Positions 43,110 to 56,630 are shown, counted from the stretch's first letter. The stretch is 64,000 nucleotides of DNA from Octopus vulgaris (GCA_951406725.2 OX597819.1:17360001-17424000); one strand, 5' to 3'. The notes: generated by a model from the sequence alone, not told the origin. Made by a program: numbers and translations.

Positions 43110-43652
43110 CGTAACCCTGCGCTTTTCATCGATAAGAAAGGATCTCAGCAGTACAATGAATTCCCTTGGACTGAAGGTCATGAGAGGAACCAACCTCAAA
43201 ACGACGGATTTCCTGGGCTTGGGAGTCTGGTGCTTATACGCCCTTTAGCAAGCCAAATACGAAGCTATCATATATTAACACAGCTTCCTGTCATCCAGCT
43301 ATAGTTTTCAAGAACCCGGTAAAGGGCGCCAGCAAATGAATCTCCAACCTATCTTCAAGCAAAGAGATTTTTGATGCTGTCGGCCCTACTACAACGAGTC
43401 TCTGGTCGCCAACAGTTTCAATGATAGAATTAATTACACGCCAGACTCTAACCCCTCCAAGAGAAAAGAACGCTGGAGCGGAGTGTGTTGCGGTTCACAT
43501 TGCCTTTCTCTTTAAGTGTTAAAACCTATGCAGGTCAAATTTTCTCCAGTTTAGTAAACAAGCACTTTCCCCGTACAAATAGGTTCAGTAAAACATTTAT
43601 TTAATACGCACACCCTGAAAATTCCCTTTATCTGTGTACCGAATGTAAAAGA
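43110..43652 (+). mobile_element. Penelope-like element RT/thumb-linker fragment (pseudogenised)
   Basis: Translates, with frameshifts, NLKTTDFL...YTPFSKPNTKLSYINTASCHP...ISNLSSSKEIFD...YNESL...PFSLSVKTYAGQIFSSLVNKHFP...FNTHTLKI, matching the PLE motifs PY.KPN...YI...SNHP and PYS..V.T..GK.F..L..KHFP. Confidence 0.8.
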
Positions 43653-43721
43653 AATATACATACATACATACATACATATATACATACAAATATACATACA
43701 TACATACATACATATATTTTC

Positions 43722-43933
43722 TTTCTTTGTTTTACTTGTTTCAGTCATTTGACTGCGGCCATGCTGGAGCACCGCCTTTAGTCGAGCAAATCGACCCCGG
43801 GACTTATTCTTTGTGAGCCTAGTACTTATTCTATCGGTCTCTTTTGCCGAACCGCTAGGTGACAGGGACGTAAACACACCAGCATCGGTTGTCAAGCAAT
43901 GCTAGGGGGACAAACACAGACACACAAACATAT

Positions 43934-43989
<56 letters not shown>

Positions 43990-44149
43990 GACAGGCTTCT
44001 TTCAGTTTCCGTCTACCAACTCCACACACAAGGCATTGGTCAGCCCGCGGCTATAGCAGAAGACACTTGCCCAAGATACTACGCAATGGGACTGAACACG
44101 GAACCATGTGGTTGGTAAGCAAGCTACTTACCACACAGCCACTCCTGCG

Positions 44150-44152
<3 letters not shown>
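43722..44152 (-). mobile_element. SINE family C (full length)
   Basis: Ends CAGCCACTCCTGCGCCTA. Confidence 0.92.
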
Positions 44153-44196
<44 letters not shown>

Positions 44197-44702
44197 CATA
44201 AAATAAGATAAAGAAAAGTAAAAAATAACCTGAGCCTCACTGGACATTCCCCTCCTCGTTCCAAAAATTACCTGACAACAACTCACTGGTTATTTTGTCC
44301 GAGTACTTTCGTGGCCTAGGGCTACAAGCTCAGTATTAATGGACAGTTACAGACCATGGGCAGCAACATAAAGCACATACTCTATTCATCTCTCAGACAC
44401 AAATCTCTCACTTATTCATCAGAATTTATCTCTGATCTCCAAGACTTATTCCATACATCGAAAAGCGATGTCTGTACGTCTGCAGATGTGTTTTCCTTCA
44501 CCTTTAGGACTCTCTCCTCGACATCCTGCACAACATCAACAGACCAGCAGTCTCCTCTCTCTCTATTACCTTTAACCTTCTCAATCAGAGACTTCTCTAT
44601 CTCTGAGCGGCAACGTCCTGCTATTTCTAGCAATCAGAGCGACAACATAACCCTCCCCCACACTCCCACATGTTGATGATAACAGTTCTTACTATTGCTA
44701 GC

Positions 44703-44770
<68 letters not shown>

Positions 44771-44860
44771 TAGTAGCTGTGCTATTACAAGAAATACTAA
44801 GATGTTATTGTTGGTGATATTTCTAAGAAGTCCTCCCTCAGTCAAGTATATATATATATA

Positions 44861-45004
<144 letters not shown>

Positions 45005-45571
45005 CATACATATGTATATGTTTGTGTATGTATATGTGTGCGTGTGTGTGTGTTATATGCGTACACATGCACCTACTCACAAACACCCATGCATGCGACA
45101 TGCACATGCATACACCCCATGTCAATCTTGTACCGCTCCCCCTCACCGCCTTCCTTTTCGTCGTTCCGCCATTCATTCATATATCTCACATTAGGTTGTC
45201 TTCTTTTAATTACGGTTTAATAATATGCTTCTCTAATGATGGCGTCGTCGTACTTTTTTTTGTTATTGTTCTTGCTGATGCTCGTGTTGTTCTTGTTGTT
45301 GTTGTTGTTGCTGCTGCTGCTGCTGTTACTTGTTCATGAATCACCGTGAATGAAACGGCAAAGGATTATTGTAAATAATAATAATAATAATAAAAAAAAC
45401 ACAATCATGGGAACGTGTGTCTCTCTGCCTAACACGGAGTGTGTAAACGGGTTTGTGCATACATATACCTATGTACATTTGTATAAATATACAAATGCAT
45501 ATATATATAGGGCTATGCAGATCAGTGCGTGTTTGTTTGCGAGCATGTGTGTGTGTGTGTGTGTACATACA

Positions 45572-45636
<65 letters not shown>

Positions 45637-45663
45637 GTCTCTCATTCTCTCTCTCTCTCTCTG

Positions 45664-45699
<36 letters not shown>

Positions 45700-45758
45700 T
45701 GTTAATGCTTATATTTATGAATATGAATGCATACGCATGTATGTAAGTGTGTGTGCGC

Positions 45759-45814
<56 letters not shown>

Positions 45815-45950
45815 GCTATGTATATGAACTTATGTGTGTATAATGTGTGCGTGTATATATATTTACACACTTATTACATTTTTTTCATGCTTATATGATT
45901 TAACGTACGACTCCAGGAGAGATTTAATTATTCGTTTGTATTTCTCATGC

Positions 45951-46042
<92 letters not shown>

Positions 46043-46467
46043 TGTTTGTGTGTATTTGTGTGTGTGTGTGGCTATGCAAATATATATCTGCATCTCTTTG
46101 TGTGTTTGTGTGCATAATTCAGTATGAATGATATCAGTTCATCGACACACTGTCTGCGCCCATTCATCACCAACATGGATATCAAAGGAGCGATGCCATG
46201 TATTATAGCTTAATTATGTATGAAGCTAATTCCACGAAACCAGGGGAACATGCTTTCAGTTATTGACTGCTTCAGATGATTCTGGTCTGTAGCACAGCAA
46301 TGCCGTTGTACGGTTGTCTGTATGTGTGCATGGTTGTGGTTGTGTGTGTGGTTGTGCCTATGGTTTAAGAGACTCTGTGGCTGTGCAAGAGAGAGGGAGA
46401 GAGAGAAACAGAGAAAGGGATGTAGGGTTGGTGTGTACTTGGACTTTGAGAACGTGGTGTTTATTAA

Positions 46468-46544
<77 letters not shown>

Positions 46545-46546
<2 letters not shown>

Positions 46547-46685
46547 TCTGACTTCAAATTCCACCGAGGTCGACTTTGCCTTCCATCCGTTTGGGGCTGA
46601 TAAAATAAGTACCAGTTGAACAGTGGGGTCGATCTAACCGATTCCTCTCTCCAAAAATGGCTGCCCTTGTGGCAAAAATTTGAAG
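46545..46685 (+). mobile_element. SINE family B fragment
   Basis: TTCAAATTCCACCGAGGTCGACTTTGCCTTCCATCC core. Confidence 0.8.
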
Positions 46686-46725
46686 CCATTATTACCATTA
46701 TCATTATTATTATTATTATAGTATC

Positions 46726-47004
46726 AACCAGGCTATTGTATGTTGTCATACATCGCTGGTCACAATGTGCTTTGCATTGTTTTAGCTTTTCAATGATGTC
46801 ACCCCACTGGCTAAGTAAGCAGGACAACATTCGCCCTGCTCAGAAGGCTAGTCGATCTCGGGGTTATCCTTTTACGGGTGAGTAGACTGGAACAACGTGA
46901 CATGAAGTGTTTTGCTCAAGAACAACGCACCACCGGTTCGGGAAGGGAACCCACGATCTAACGTTTCTAAATCCAACACTCTAACCACTATACCACGCGT
47001 CTTC
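46726..47004 (-). mobile_element. tRNA-derived SINE (family M tail, different body)
   Basis: Minus strand GCGTGGTATAGTGGTTAGAGTGTTGGA...GGGTTCCCTTCC head; tail shared with 38403-38520. Confidence 0.8.
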
Positions 47005-47048
47005 ATAATATTATTATATTCAACTTCTGAATTCAGTGTAGTTTGATC

Positions 47049-47138
<90 letters not shown>

Positions 47139-48562
47139 GTGTTTTTGTGTGTGTTTCGACGTTGTATATTGCTGTATATTGGCGAAAGATTCAAACATTG
47201 GCAAGACAACCGACAAACTGGTGCTTTTAATCAACATCCCTTGCAGCTTTCGTTCCGCCTGAGGTGCACAGACATTCCACTGGCCCCGTCGTCACCTTAT
47301 ATGCAGTGACCCGCCGAATCAGCCTCGACGGACACTTGTAAATAAAGTCATTTTTGCAGAAAATTACTTTTATAAAATATACAATAAATTTTACAAGAAA
47401 TCGACCGATGACTTGGAAAACGGATTCGGATAAAATCTAACAGAGTAAGGCGGTGAAGGTGGTTTAGGTCATGGCATTGATGGTGATGATGGTGGTGGTT
47501 AAGGGTGGTAATGGTGGTGGTGGTGGTTGTGGTAGTGGTAATGGTGGTTGTTGTGGTAGTGGTAATTGTGGTGATGGTGGTGGTGGTTGTGGTGGTAGTG
47601 GTGGTGGTGATGGTGGTGGTGATGATGATGATGTTGGTGGTGATGGTAATAGTGGTAGTGGTGTTGATGGTGGTGGTGGTGGTGGTGATGTTGGAGGTGA
47701 TGGTGATGATGTTGGTGGTGGTGATGGTGGTGATATTGGTGGTGGTGATGGTGATAGTAGTAGTGGTGTTAATGGTAGTGATGTTGGTGGTGGTGATGGT
47801 GGTGATGATGTTGGTGATGATAGTGATGATGGCTGTGGTGTTGGTGATTGTGCTGACGGTGGTGCTGACGGTGGTAATAGTAGTAACGAGAAGAAATAAA
47901 TGAGGTTTTCCAATAATCAATGTACAAGTTTATAGGGAAGAGACGACAAATGAGATTATGTGACATTCATGCTCTTGTCAAGGTTATTAACTGTGTGATT
48001 GATGTAAAGATGCTAGAAGCAGGAATCGAAACTGGTGTTGGAATATGTGTTGCTCGCAGCTTCCTTTATCTCTTCAGTTTAAATGAGAAATTACGGCATC
48101 AGAATCTGACAGACTAAATCAGATAATGGTTCAACTCGGAATAAATCTAGAATGAATTGTGCCAAATTCTCTCAAGTGTCCTTTGTCTATGGCGTATGAT
48201 TAGCTTCTGGGCACCAAATTTTCTTCGTGGAATTAAAGGTTTTACCGAATATTGGTATATGCAGAATTTTCCCACTGTATACGCACCAATATATACGCTG
48301 GCACACACACACCAGTTTACACACACGCGCCAGTTTATGCAAGCACATGCAGGTATATACACCCGTTTAAGTGTACATGTGCACACATAATTATATGCAC
48401 ACGCATGTATCTATCTGGCCACGAATGTATGTACTAATGCCTGTACGTATGTATATATATATATGTACCTTTCCATTTATCTATGGTTATATGTATATAA
48501 ACAGAATTTTGGATTCAATTGTTGTGTGTTTGTATCTACCTGATGGTGTGAGTGCACACAAG

Positions 48563-48612
<50 letters not shown>

Positions 48613-49198
48613 CATTCATATTTCTTAGACATACAGCACGCGATACATGAATGTGTATTGAAGTAAAGAGCGATTTTCGTTTGCCAATACTTAATATATC
48701 ACATCAATAACCCGTGTTGAGTGATTCACCACAAGATTGCTTGTGGTTTTCCAATTCGTATCTCTTCGTTGTGATTTCAAATCTTGCCAATGAGCATTCT
48801 GGGCTCGATAAAGTAATATACCATACATTGTGTGGACGCAGCAATTGCCGTCTGGTCACAAAGTTCGTTTCGCAACCGTGTCATCTTGGTTTCGATCGAA
48901 ATATGCCGCTCGAAGGGTGTGCTGTATCAGAACCTCGTTTGAGCAATACCTTATAAGTGAATTAGGGAATTTGGATACAAAGTAATATGTGTGCGTGTGC
49001 GCGCGCGCGTGTGTGTGTGTGTGTCTATACACAAAATTAATGAAAACAGCAGGTTGCAATGTTTCACCATAAAAGGAGAATTATAATTGTCAGTAAATGT
49101 GACAAGGGTGTTAGGAAACACCTACATTGCTAGAAATAACAGCTAAAATATTCTAATGTATATGTATATCTATGTATATGCATATGTATATGTAATTG

Positions 49199-49230
<32 letters not shown>

Positions 49231-49329
49231 ATATTAATTAGAGACAAAACCACTATTATGCAAATCAAACAAAGAAAGACTTAATCCAATACATAAAAAT
49301 TTTATATAAATTAAATAAAATTAAATTAG

Positions 49330-49375
49330 CCACTACAATTGTTTCGTGTTTCTTCTAAGGACATTCATCAGGTGG
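49330..49375 (-). ncRNA. Type I hammerhead ribozyme (family H, element about 49222-49452)
   Basis: CCAC-CTGATGA-imperfect stem II (TGT/ACA)-GAAA-CAATTG-TA-GTGG; palindromic stem III. Confidence 0.75.
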
Positions 49376-49529
49376 TTTTCAGATCTTCTATTCAATTTTA
49401 ATTGAATAGAAGATCTGAAAGATCTGAAGATCTCTAATTAATATTATATAATATTTTGCTATAAAATTGGATTCAATCCTAAATGTGATTTTTGCCTGTA
49501 AATTTGGATTTATTCCCTAATATTTATTA

Positions 49530-49627
<98 letters not shown>

Positions 49628-49660
49628 TATGTATGTATGTATGTATTTAAGTATGTATGT

Positions 49661-50425
49661 ATGGCAATTCCAGAGTCACGCAATGTACATGGTCTTGGGG
49701 TTTATACGAGCATCGATGCCTCGTTTCATATGTATATCACCAAGATGGTGGCAGCCTGCTGACGAGTGGCCGTATGGATTCTGAGAATCAGGAAACTATG
49801 CTGGTTCTATGAAGGACATTTGTAGTTAGCTTCCTGGACTACTCCTCTCCACTGTGGTCACACTACAGTGTCAGATTAGGAGTAGAACTTGAGGCTTTTC
49901 AGCAGTTTTACACCAGGTAGCTTGTATCAATAGAACAGCTGATCTACTGGGAGAGACTCTACTCCATGGAGCGAAGCCGGAAGAGGTATGCAGTGATATC
50001 CTGCAGCGGAAGATCCTGGCGGGTCTGGCTCCAAACTTTGGTATTGACAGCTATACCAGCCACCGAACTGGACCTCAGTGCACTCTTCCAAAGGTTCCAG
50101 CTATCCCGTCTATAGTGACTACCATGTATTGCAATAGCTTGTGATTCAAGGGCCCACAGTTATTTAACGCCTTGCCAAAACATCTAAGGGGTTTTCATAG
50201 AGTAGGGGTAGTATTTTTCAAGAAGCAACTTGACCGCTTGCTATCCAAGGTCCCAGATGAAGCAATATCAAGGGAGAAGACTCAAAATAGGGTAGCAGTA
50301 TCGAAGTCTCTCCTTCACCAAAAGCCAATCACATCAGATTGGCCATTAAAAGGATGATTACACGGACGGTGCTCCAGCATGGCCACAGCCTCAGGGTTGA
50401 AACTGGTAGAGGAATAAAAGAAAGA
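49661..50425 (+). mobile_element. CR1-clade LINE 3' end (decayed ORF2 plus 3' tail)
   Basis: [84 protein letters not shown]. Confidence 0.85.
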
Positions 50426-50534
50426 AAAAGAATTTTATAGGCTAGTGTTTAGAGTTGGAGCCTTATTGATAAGAAATGCAAAAACATGACTGGTATGTTG
50501 TAATGATTACTATTTCATTGACCTAAGACACTTT

Positions 50535-50686
50535 CATTTCTTTTCTTCTTCTTCTTCTTCTTCTTCTTCTTCTTCTTCTTCTTCTTCTTCTTCTTCTTCT
50601 TCTTCTTCTCCTCCTTCTCCTCCTCCTCCTTCTTCTTCTTCTTCTTCTTCTTCTTCTTCTTCTTCTTCTTCTTCTTCTTCTTCTTC
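50535..50686. repeat. (TTC)n microsatellite
   Basis: Direct reading. Confidence 0.95.
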
Positions 50687-51741
50687 CAATGTATATAAAT
50701 GGATTAGTGCATGTGTAGGCTGGTATGGTTCCGGCTGGATGTGTCCCAGCCCCGGCCTGTCTATCATTTCCTCTTCTATGCCTTCTCTATTGGCATCTTC
50801 TTGTTATCTCGCCCTTTATCAATCTCTTAATCGCTTTACCAACTTGTATATGCATAATATGTATGACTGAATATGTAAAAACACAACACGTAGTTGTTGC
50901 TATAACGCCGAGAAGCATACCGACAGAATTACGTCACAAGCCAATCGGCTTGCGAAATATTGACATTCGGCTTGGGGAAACGCGCATGTTATATAAACCA
51001 GTTACATTTTCTAAGTTTCTTATGTGTATATGTACGTATGTGTGCGTTCAAGCGCGCGCGCGTGTGTTAGTGTGTGTGTGTGTGTGTGTGTGTTTATGTG
51101 TGTGTGTGCGTGTGTGTGTGTGTAAACATGTGCCGATTCTTATATTTCTATATGTTGATAGAGATAATGAATAAGATTATATGGCTTGTAACTTCCATCT
51201 AGCGTGGAAGTGACAGAAGACGAATACCAGTAAAGTATCGGGGGATATTTTCGATCATCCACCCACCGATTGTCCACAAACTGTCCAAATTTCCTTTTTG
51301 TGTCGCGTCTGAAGTAATCAAGTTTATTGCAAAGAGGCACAGCAGGTGGGTTGAACAGGTAATCAAGTGAAGCGTTTAAGACACTGATGTAGCATAATGT
51401 AATTTTCCCCGGTCGCAAGCGGTCCACGCTGACTCAATTTAACAGCAAGTCTTTCAATATCCCTTAACTGGACTTTCAGTGAATTAGCGTTAATATGATG
51501 ATATCGGCTTCATAATGACATGTCCAAATTATTGCACACACATACATGCTTACGCACGCACGCACACACACACACACACACACATACGCGCACATACACA
51601 CACAACGTATAGATTTTGATCACTGCACACATATACATTTAGTTTTACACACATACGCATAGACATAAGCATAGAGACATACATATGCACACACGTATAT
51701 AGCCACATACACATATATTCATACGTATATGTACATGTACG

Positions 51742-51785
<44 letters not shown>

Positions 51786-51912
51786 TAGATAGATGCATGT
51801 GTATACATGTATATATATATATGTACTATATACATACATACATTCACAAACACACGCACACATACACTCACTCACACACACATATACACACAGCACATTT
51901 AATTGGTGATGG

Positions 51913-51944
<32 letters not shown>

Positions 51945-52442
51945 ACGACTTCGACAACGACGAAGATGATGAAGATGACGATGCTATTAATGTCACCATT
52001 ATCATGTAGTGAAGATGGTATTGAATTTGTATATGGAAGAAAATCATCAAAATAATAATGGAAATGTTATGTTTGAACAGCTCCTCAAATATTGCCGTCG
52101 TTAATTTTACGTGTGGCAGCATAGGTTCGAAACGCTGTACCATAGAGTTTTAGGATTATATTAATTAGCACAGACTCGTGAAACGAACTTGTTGAAGAGT
52201 TTTCGTTTCGAGTAATCCTACACCATATGTAAAGAGGGCGTAGTCAGTTTTTATACAAACAACACATGCCCACGAACACAACCACATGGCCACGCGCTCA
52301 CTCTCTCTCTCACACACACACACACAAATGCATACACGTTTATACAATTAAAACAACATAAGGGTTTTACTTAAGGTATCGGGAGGTGATTGCCCTTAAT
52401 TTATAGTATTAGGGAGTGATTGAGTTCAACATGTAATCGATT

Positions 52443-52613
52443 CAATTCTATATTTAAGAGATGAGGAATTTTGTACAATATTTACATTTGACGGATAGTT
52501 GTCCTCATCTTGTTTGTTGTTAACACAACATTTCGGCTGATATACCCTCCAGCCTTCTTCAGGTGTCTTGGGGACATTTCGAACTTGGGTGCGCATTCTT
52601 AAGGTATTTTTTA

Positions 52614-52644
<31 letters not shown>

Positions 52645-52743
52645 GTTATTGTTATTATTATTATTTAGGTCACTGCCTGGAATTGAACTTGGAGTCTTGG
52701 GGTTAGTAGCACGCGCTCTTAACCACTGCGCCATATGTAAATA
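52443..52743 (-). mobile_element. Family K: tRNA head + (AAT)n + hammerhead tail retroposon, full length with 12-bp TSD
   Basis: Head TGGCGCAGTGGTTAAGAGCGCG...AGTTCAATTCCAGG; HHR 52522-52567 GACAC-CTGAAGA-A-GGCTG..CAGCC-GAAA-TGTT-GTGTT; TSD ATGTAATCGATT at 52431-52442 and 52744-52755. Confidence 0.85.
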
Positions 52744-52774
52744 ATGTAATCGATTGTTTTAAGAAATGACTATA

Positions 52775-53194
52775 TAGGCGCAGGAGTGGCTGTTTGGTAA
52801 GTAGTTTGCTAACCAACCACATGGTTCCGGGTTCAGTCCCACTGCGTGGCATCTTGGGCAAGTGTCTTCTGCTATAGCCCCGGGCCGACCAATGCCTTGT
52901 GAGTGGATTTGGTAGACGGAAACTGAAAGAAGCCTGTCGTATATATGTATATATATATATATATAAGTGTGTGTGAATACGTTTGTGTGTCTGTGTTTGT
53001 TCCCCTAGCATTGCTTGACAACCGATGCTGGTGTGTTTACGCCCCCGTCACTTAGCGGTTCGGCAAGAAGAGACCGATAGAATAAGTACTGGGCGTACAA
53101 AGAATAAGTCCCGGGGTCGACTTGCTCGACTAAAGGCGGTGCTCCAGCATGGCCGCAGTCAAATGACTGAAACAAGTAAAAAGAGTAAAAAGAG
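52775..53194 (+). mobile_element. SINE family C (full length)
   Basis: AGGCGCAGGAGTGGCTG head to GACTGAAACAAGTAAAAAGAG tail. Confidence 0.93.
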
Positions 53195-53519
53195 TATATA
53201 ATATGCAGTGTGTTGATGCATGTGGCAGTGCTCGAGGTTGACTTGTTTTACATTGCGCAGAATAACTGTGATGCATTTTACAAAGTGTTGGTCAGGGATT
53301 TTACAGACCATGTATTTATCTGTATGGCTTATGCTAAGATATTCAGAGTTGTCTTGAAATACCGAAGAGATATCTCTCTCTATATAAAGCTGAAGTTGTC
53401 TGTGCATGGCAGGTTTAGTAGCCTTCAACTAACATTATCTCCTCCGAGATCCTGCGGTGCAAGCTGAGCAAAATTGAGAGTATGATAGAAGAAAGCTTGC
53501 TCTTCCTTCCGTAGAAGGA

Positions 53520-53756
53520 AAAAATTCAATTCGGACTAAAAATTATTTACACCAAAAAGGTGCTTTTTTTTCTATGAAAATCCCTATATTTTACGATTTT
53601 TTGACTGATGTGTCGTCACTTTTCGGTGTATTTCAACCAGGAAAATGTTCACTTAATGAGAATAACAAGCTACATAATGCAAATTGCTTACTTTACAAAA
53701 ATTCCAATTCTAAAGGGTAGAAACAAACCCGAGCAACACCGGGAGATACTGCTAGT
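53520..53756 (+). mobile_element. Helitron-like non-autonomous element, 3' end
   Basis: Subterminal hairpin CCCG agcaacac CGGG (53728-53743) followed 8 nt later by CTAG-T; 5' boundary uncertain. Confidence 0.55.
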
Positions 53757-54516
53757 TAAAATATATGGATGATGATCATAGAATGTGGTATAGAATGTGT
53801 TGAACATTGACTAACAGTATGGACTATTGAGAGACAATTGTATTAGAGAAGATCAGTAAACTGCGGTCGATGATTTCATTTCATTCGCCCTACCGATTTT
53901 ATTCAGTTGGTGATATACCACATTTGAATTCTGTGTTTCTTTTTTTTCCCATCAGGTTTGTAATAGTAAATATTGCACCTTTGGAAATGAAAGGCGGAAC
54001 ACAGAGTCTAACAGTGCCCCATACACTGTCGCAAAATAATTTACATAAATAATCTAGTGTAAGAAAAATAGTTTAAAATATATTTATTTGTTGGACGAGG
54101 AAGGTAAGAAAAATTCGATGGTACCAGAGTTTCTTGGAATCCACAACCATGCCAATCAGCCAAAGTAAACAAAACAAAAACATCTTTTTACAGATTTTCC
54201 TGTTTTCATTGCTTAAGCTATGTTTCATTATGTAGCTATCACAGCCAAGTCCTTGCTGGAGCATCGCATATGTTATTGACGTTGATTTCCATGTCAGTTA
54301 ATACAGGCATGTCTCTAATTTCAATAGTCATGCCCTTGTTGTAAACTTATGTCCTTCTATGTTCACAGATATATTTCTACTTTACAGGTGGGAGTGTGTA
54401 TACAATGGTCAATGCGTAGAGCTACATATAACAAGTGTGTATATTAGTCATTACATATATATTTTCATATATGTATGCATGTATCTCTCTCTTTCTCTCT
54501 CTCCCCCTCTCTCTCT

Positions 54517-54591
<75 letters not shown>

Positions 54592-54723
54592 CAAAATTGT
54601 ATTTCACAATTACTAGAGAGGAAAGAAAGCGCTAACAATAATGAAGAAATAAAAGGATTTTTTCCAAAATTCTGACTTTTTCTCAATATTCAATTCTGTG
54701 CATCACACCTAACACTCTATATA

Positions 54724-54791
<68 letters not shown>

Positions 54792-54822
54792 ATATATGTG
54801 TGTGTATGCATACATATAGCCA

Positions 54823-55507
54823 CCGGACTGATGCTATAAAAAACAAACTGCGACAGGTACCAAATTTCCATTTATTCCCCTTCAAAGTAGTTCCCTTCGG
54901 AAGCCACACACTTAATCCAGCGCTGTTTCCATTGATGGAAGCATTCCTAGCCAAAAACTACTGCACAAGCTGCGTTGAATGCATAGGTGCGTTGTCAACT
55001 GAAAGCAGCTTCAGCAAACGTGGCAGACACACGGTTCACACTGAAATCTTCAGTGATAATGCACTGAACTGAACCGTAACTAATCTGCACATCCTCTGAT
55101 AACACACGGATGGTGATTCGGCGATTCACCCTCACAGCTGCACGCACATCTACGATGTTTTTCTCAGTTCTGTTAGTTGCGGATCACCCAGAACGTTCGT
55201 CACTATCGACATTTTTTTTTTGGCTCATACCCTCCTCTCCGTAAACTTTCTGCAACTCTGCGTTGGCTTCTGAGCAAGGATCGCCAAGCTTTTGACGAAA
55301 ATTGATGCAGATTCATGGTCAACGCGACGGTCACATGCTACACACGTTCCTTTCAAGCACTGCTGTAAATAGCGTAAGTGAGCTAGAACGTTAACACTTA
55401 GTACACATGCACAGCAGAGTTCAAGATCAATATGTGCCAAGCGGCTTCACTCTGCGCGCTTTAGTCTTGTTACCCAGGCAACAGTCCGGATACTTATTGA
55501 TCAGACC
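54823..55507 (-). mobile_element. Internally deleted mariner transposon
   Basis: TIR GGTCTGATCAATAAGTATCCGGACTG; minus-strand remnants DERSG*SAT..V.VNRRITIR.LSEDVQISYGSVQCII (HTH) and ECFHQWKQRWIKCVASEGNYFEGE* (C-terminus). Confidence 0.88.
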
Positions 55508-55508
55508 A

Positions 55509-55636
55509 TTGTGTGGTAAGTAGCTTGCTTACTAACTACATGGTTCTGAGTTCAGTCCTACTGTGTGGCACCTTCTACTATAGCTTCAGACCGACCAAAG
55601 CCTTGTGAGTGGATTTGATAATCGGAAACTGAAAGA

Positions 55637-55695
<59 letters not shown>

Positions 55696-55859
55696 AAAAA
55701 TATAAATATATTTTAAAATAAACATACAAATTTCCACACGAAAGCACGTAATCTATGCCCTAGGCACGTAACTTCAACCGTATTTTTTCTGATGTGAATT
55801 TGCTACCCAGGTATCGGTTAATTCGAATTATCCTTAATAAGATAATTCATTCAACTACT

Positions 55860-55936
<77 letters not shown>

Positions 55937-56137
55937 ATTTGTGTGTCCGTCTTTGTCCCCACCACCACCATACCATCGCTTGACAACCGATGTTGGTGTG
56001 TCTACTTCCGTAACTTAGCGGTTCGGCAAAAGAGACCGATGTAATAAGTACTAGGCTTACAAAGAATAAGTCCTGGGGGGCGATTTCTTCGGCTAAAGGA
56101 GGTGCTTCGGTATGGCCGCACTCAAATGACTGAAACA
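55509..56137 (+). mobile_element. SINE family C interrupted in its (TA)n by a family J fragment (55693-55862)
   Basis: Head 55509-55640, tail 55935-56137; the insert is the reverse complement of 61960-62110. Confidence 0.85.
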
Positions 56138-56399
56138 ACTCACGAAGCGAGCTCCTTAAAAACAGATTCAGCCGCAGATTATATGATTTCCTAATTAGAG
56201 CACAAAATGCACTTTTTAATCTTCAGTGCAGGCATAATCAAGACACTTAAAAATGAACAAAAAAATCAACATACCAGACGAACACCAAATGTATCCAGCA
56301 TAGTACATAGAATTGTTCACACTTTATTATGGTAGTTTTGACTGTTAAGCGTCCCTTCTAGTTGAGGCATTTATGTATAGTAATGCCCTTAATATAAAT

Positions 56400-56483
<84 letters not shown>

Positions 56484-56555
56484 CATATATATATGCATGT
56501 ATATATATGTTCTTTTATTTGTTTCAGTCATTCGACTGCTGAGCACCGACTTAAG

Positions 56556-56630
<75 letters not shown>

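Noticed and set aside
52665-52737. Possible real tRNA gene
   Set aside because: Acceptor and anticodon stems pair poorly; it lies inside a TSD-bounded repeat, so treated as a SINE head
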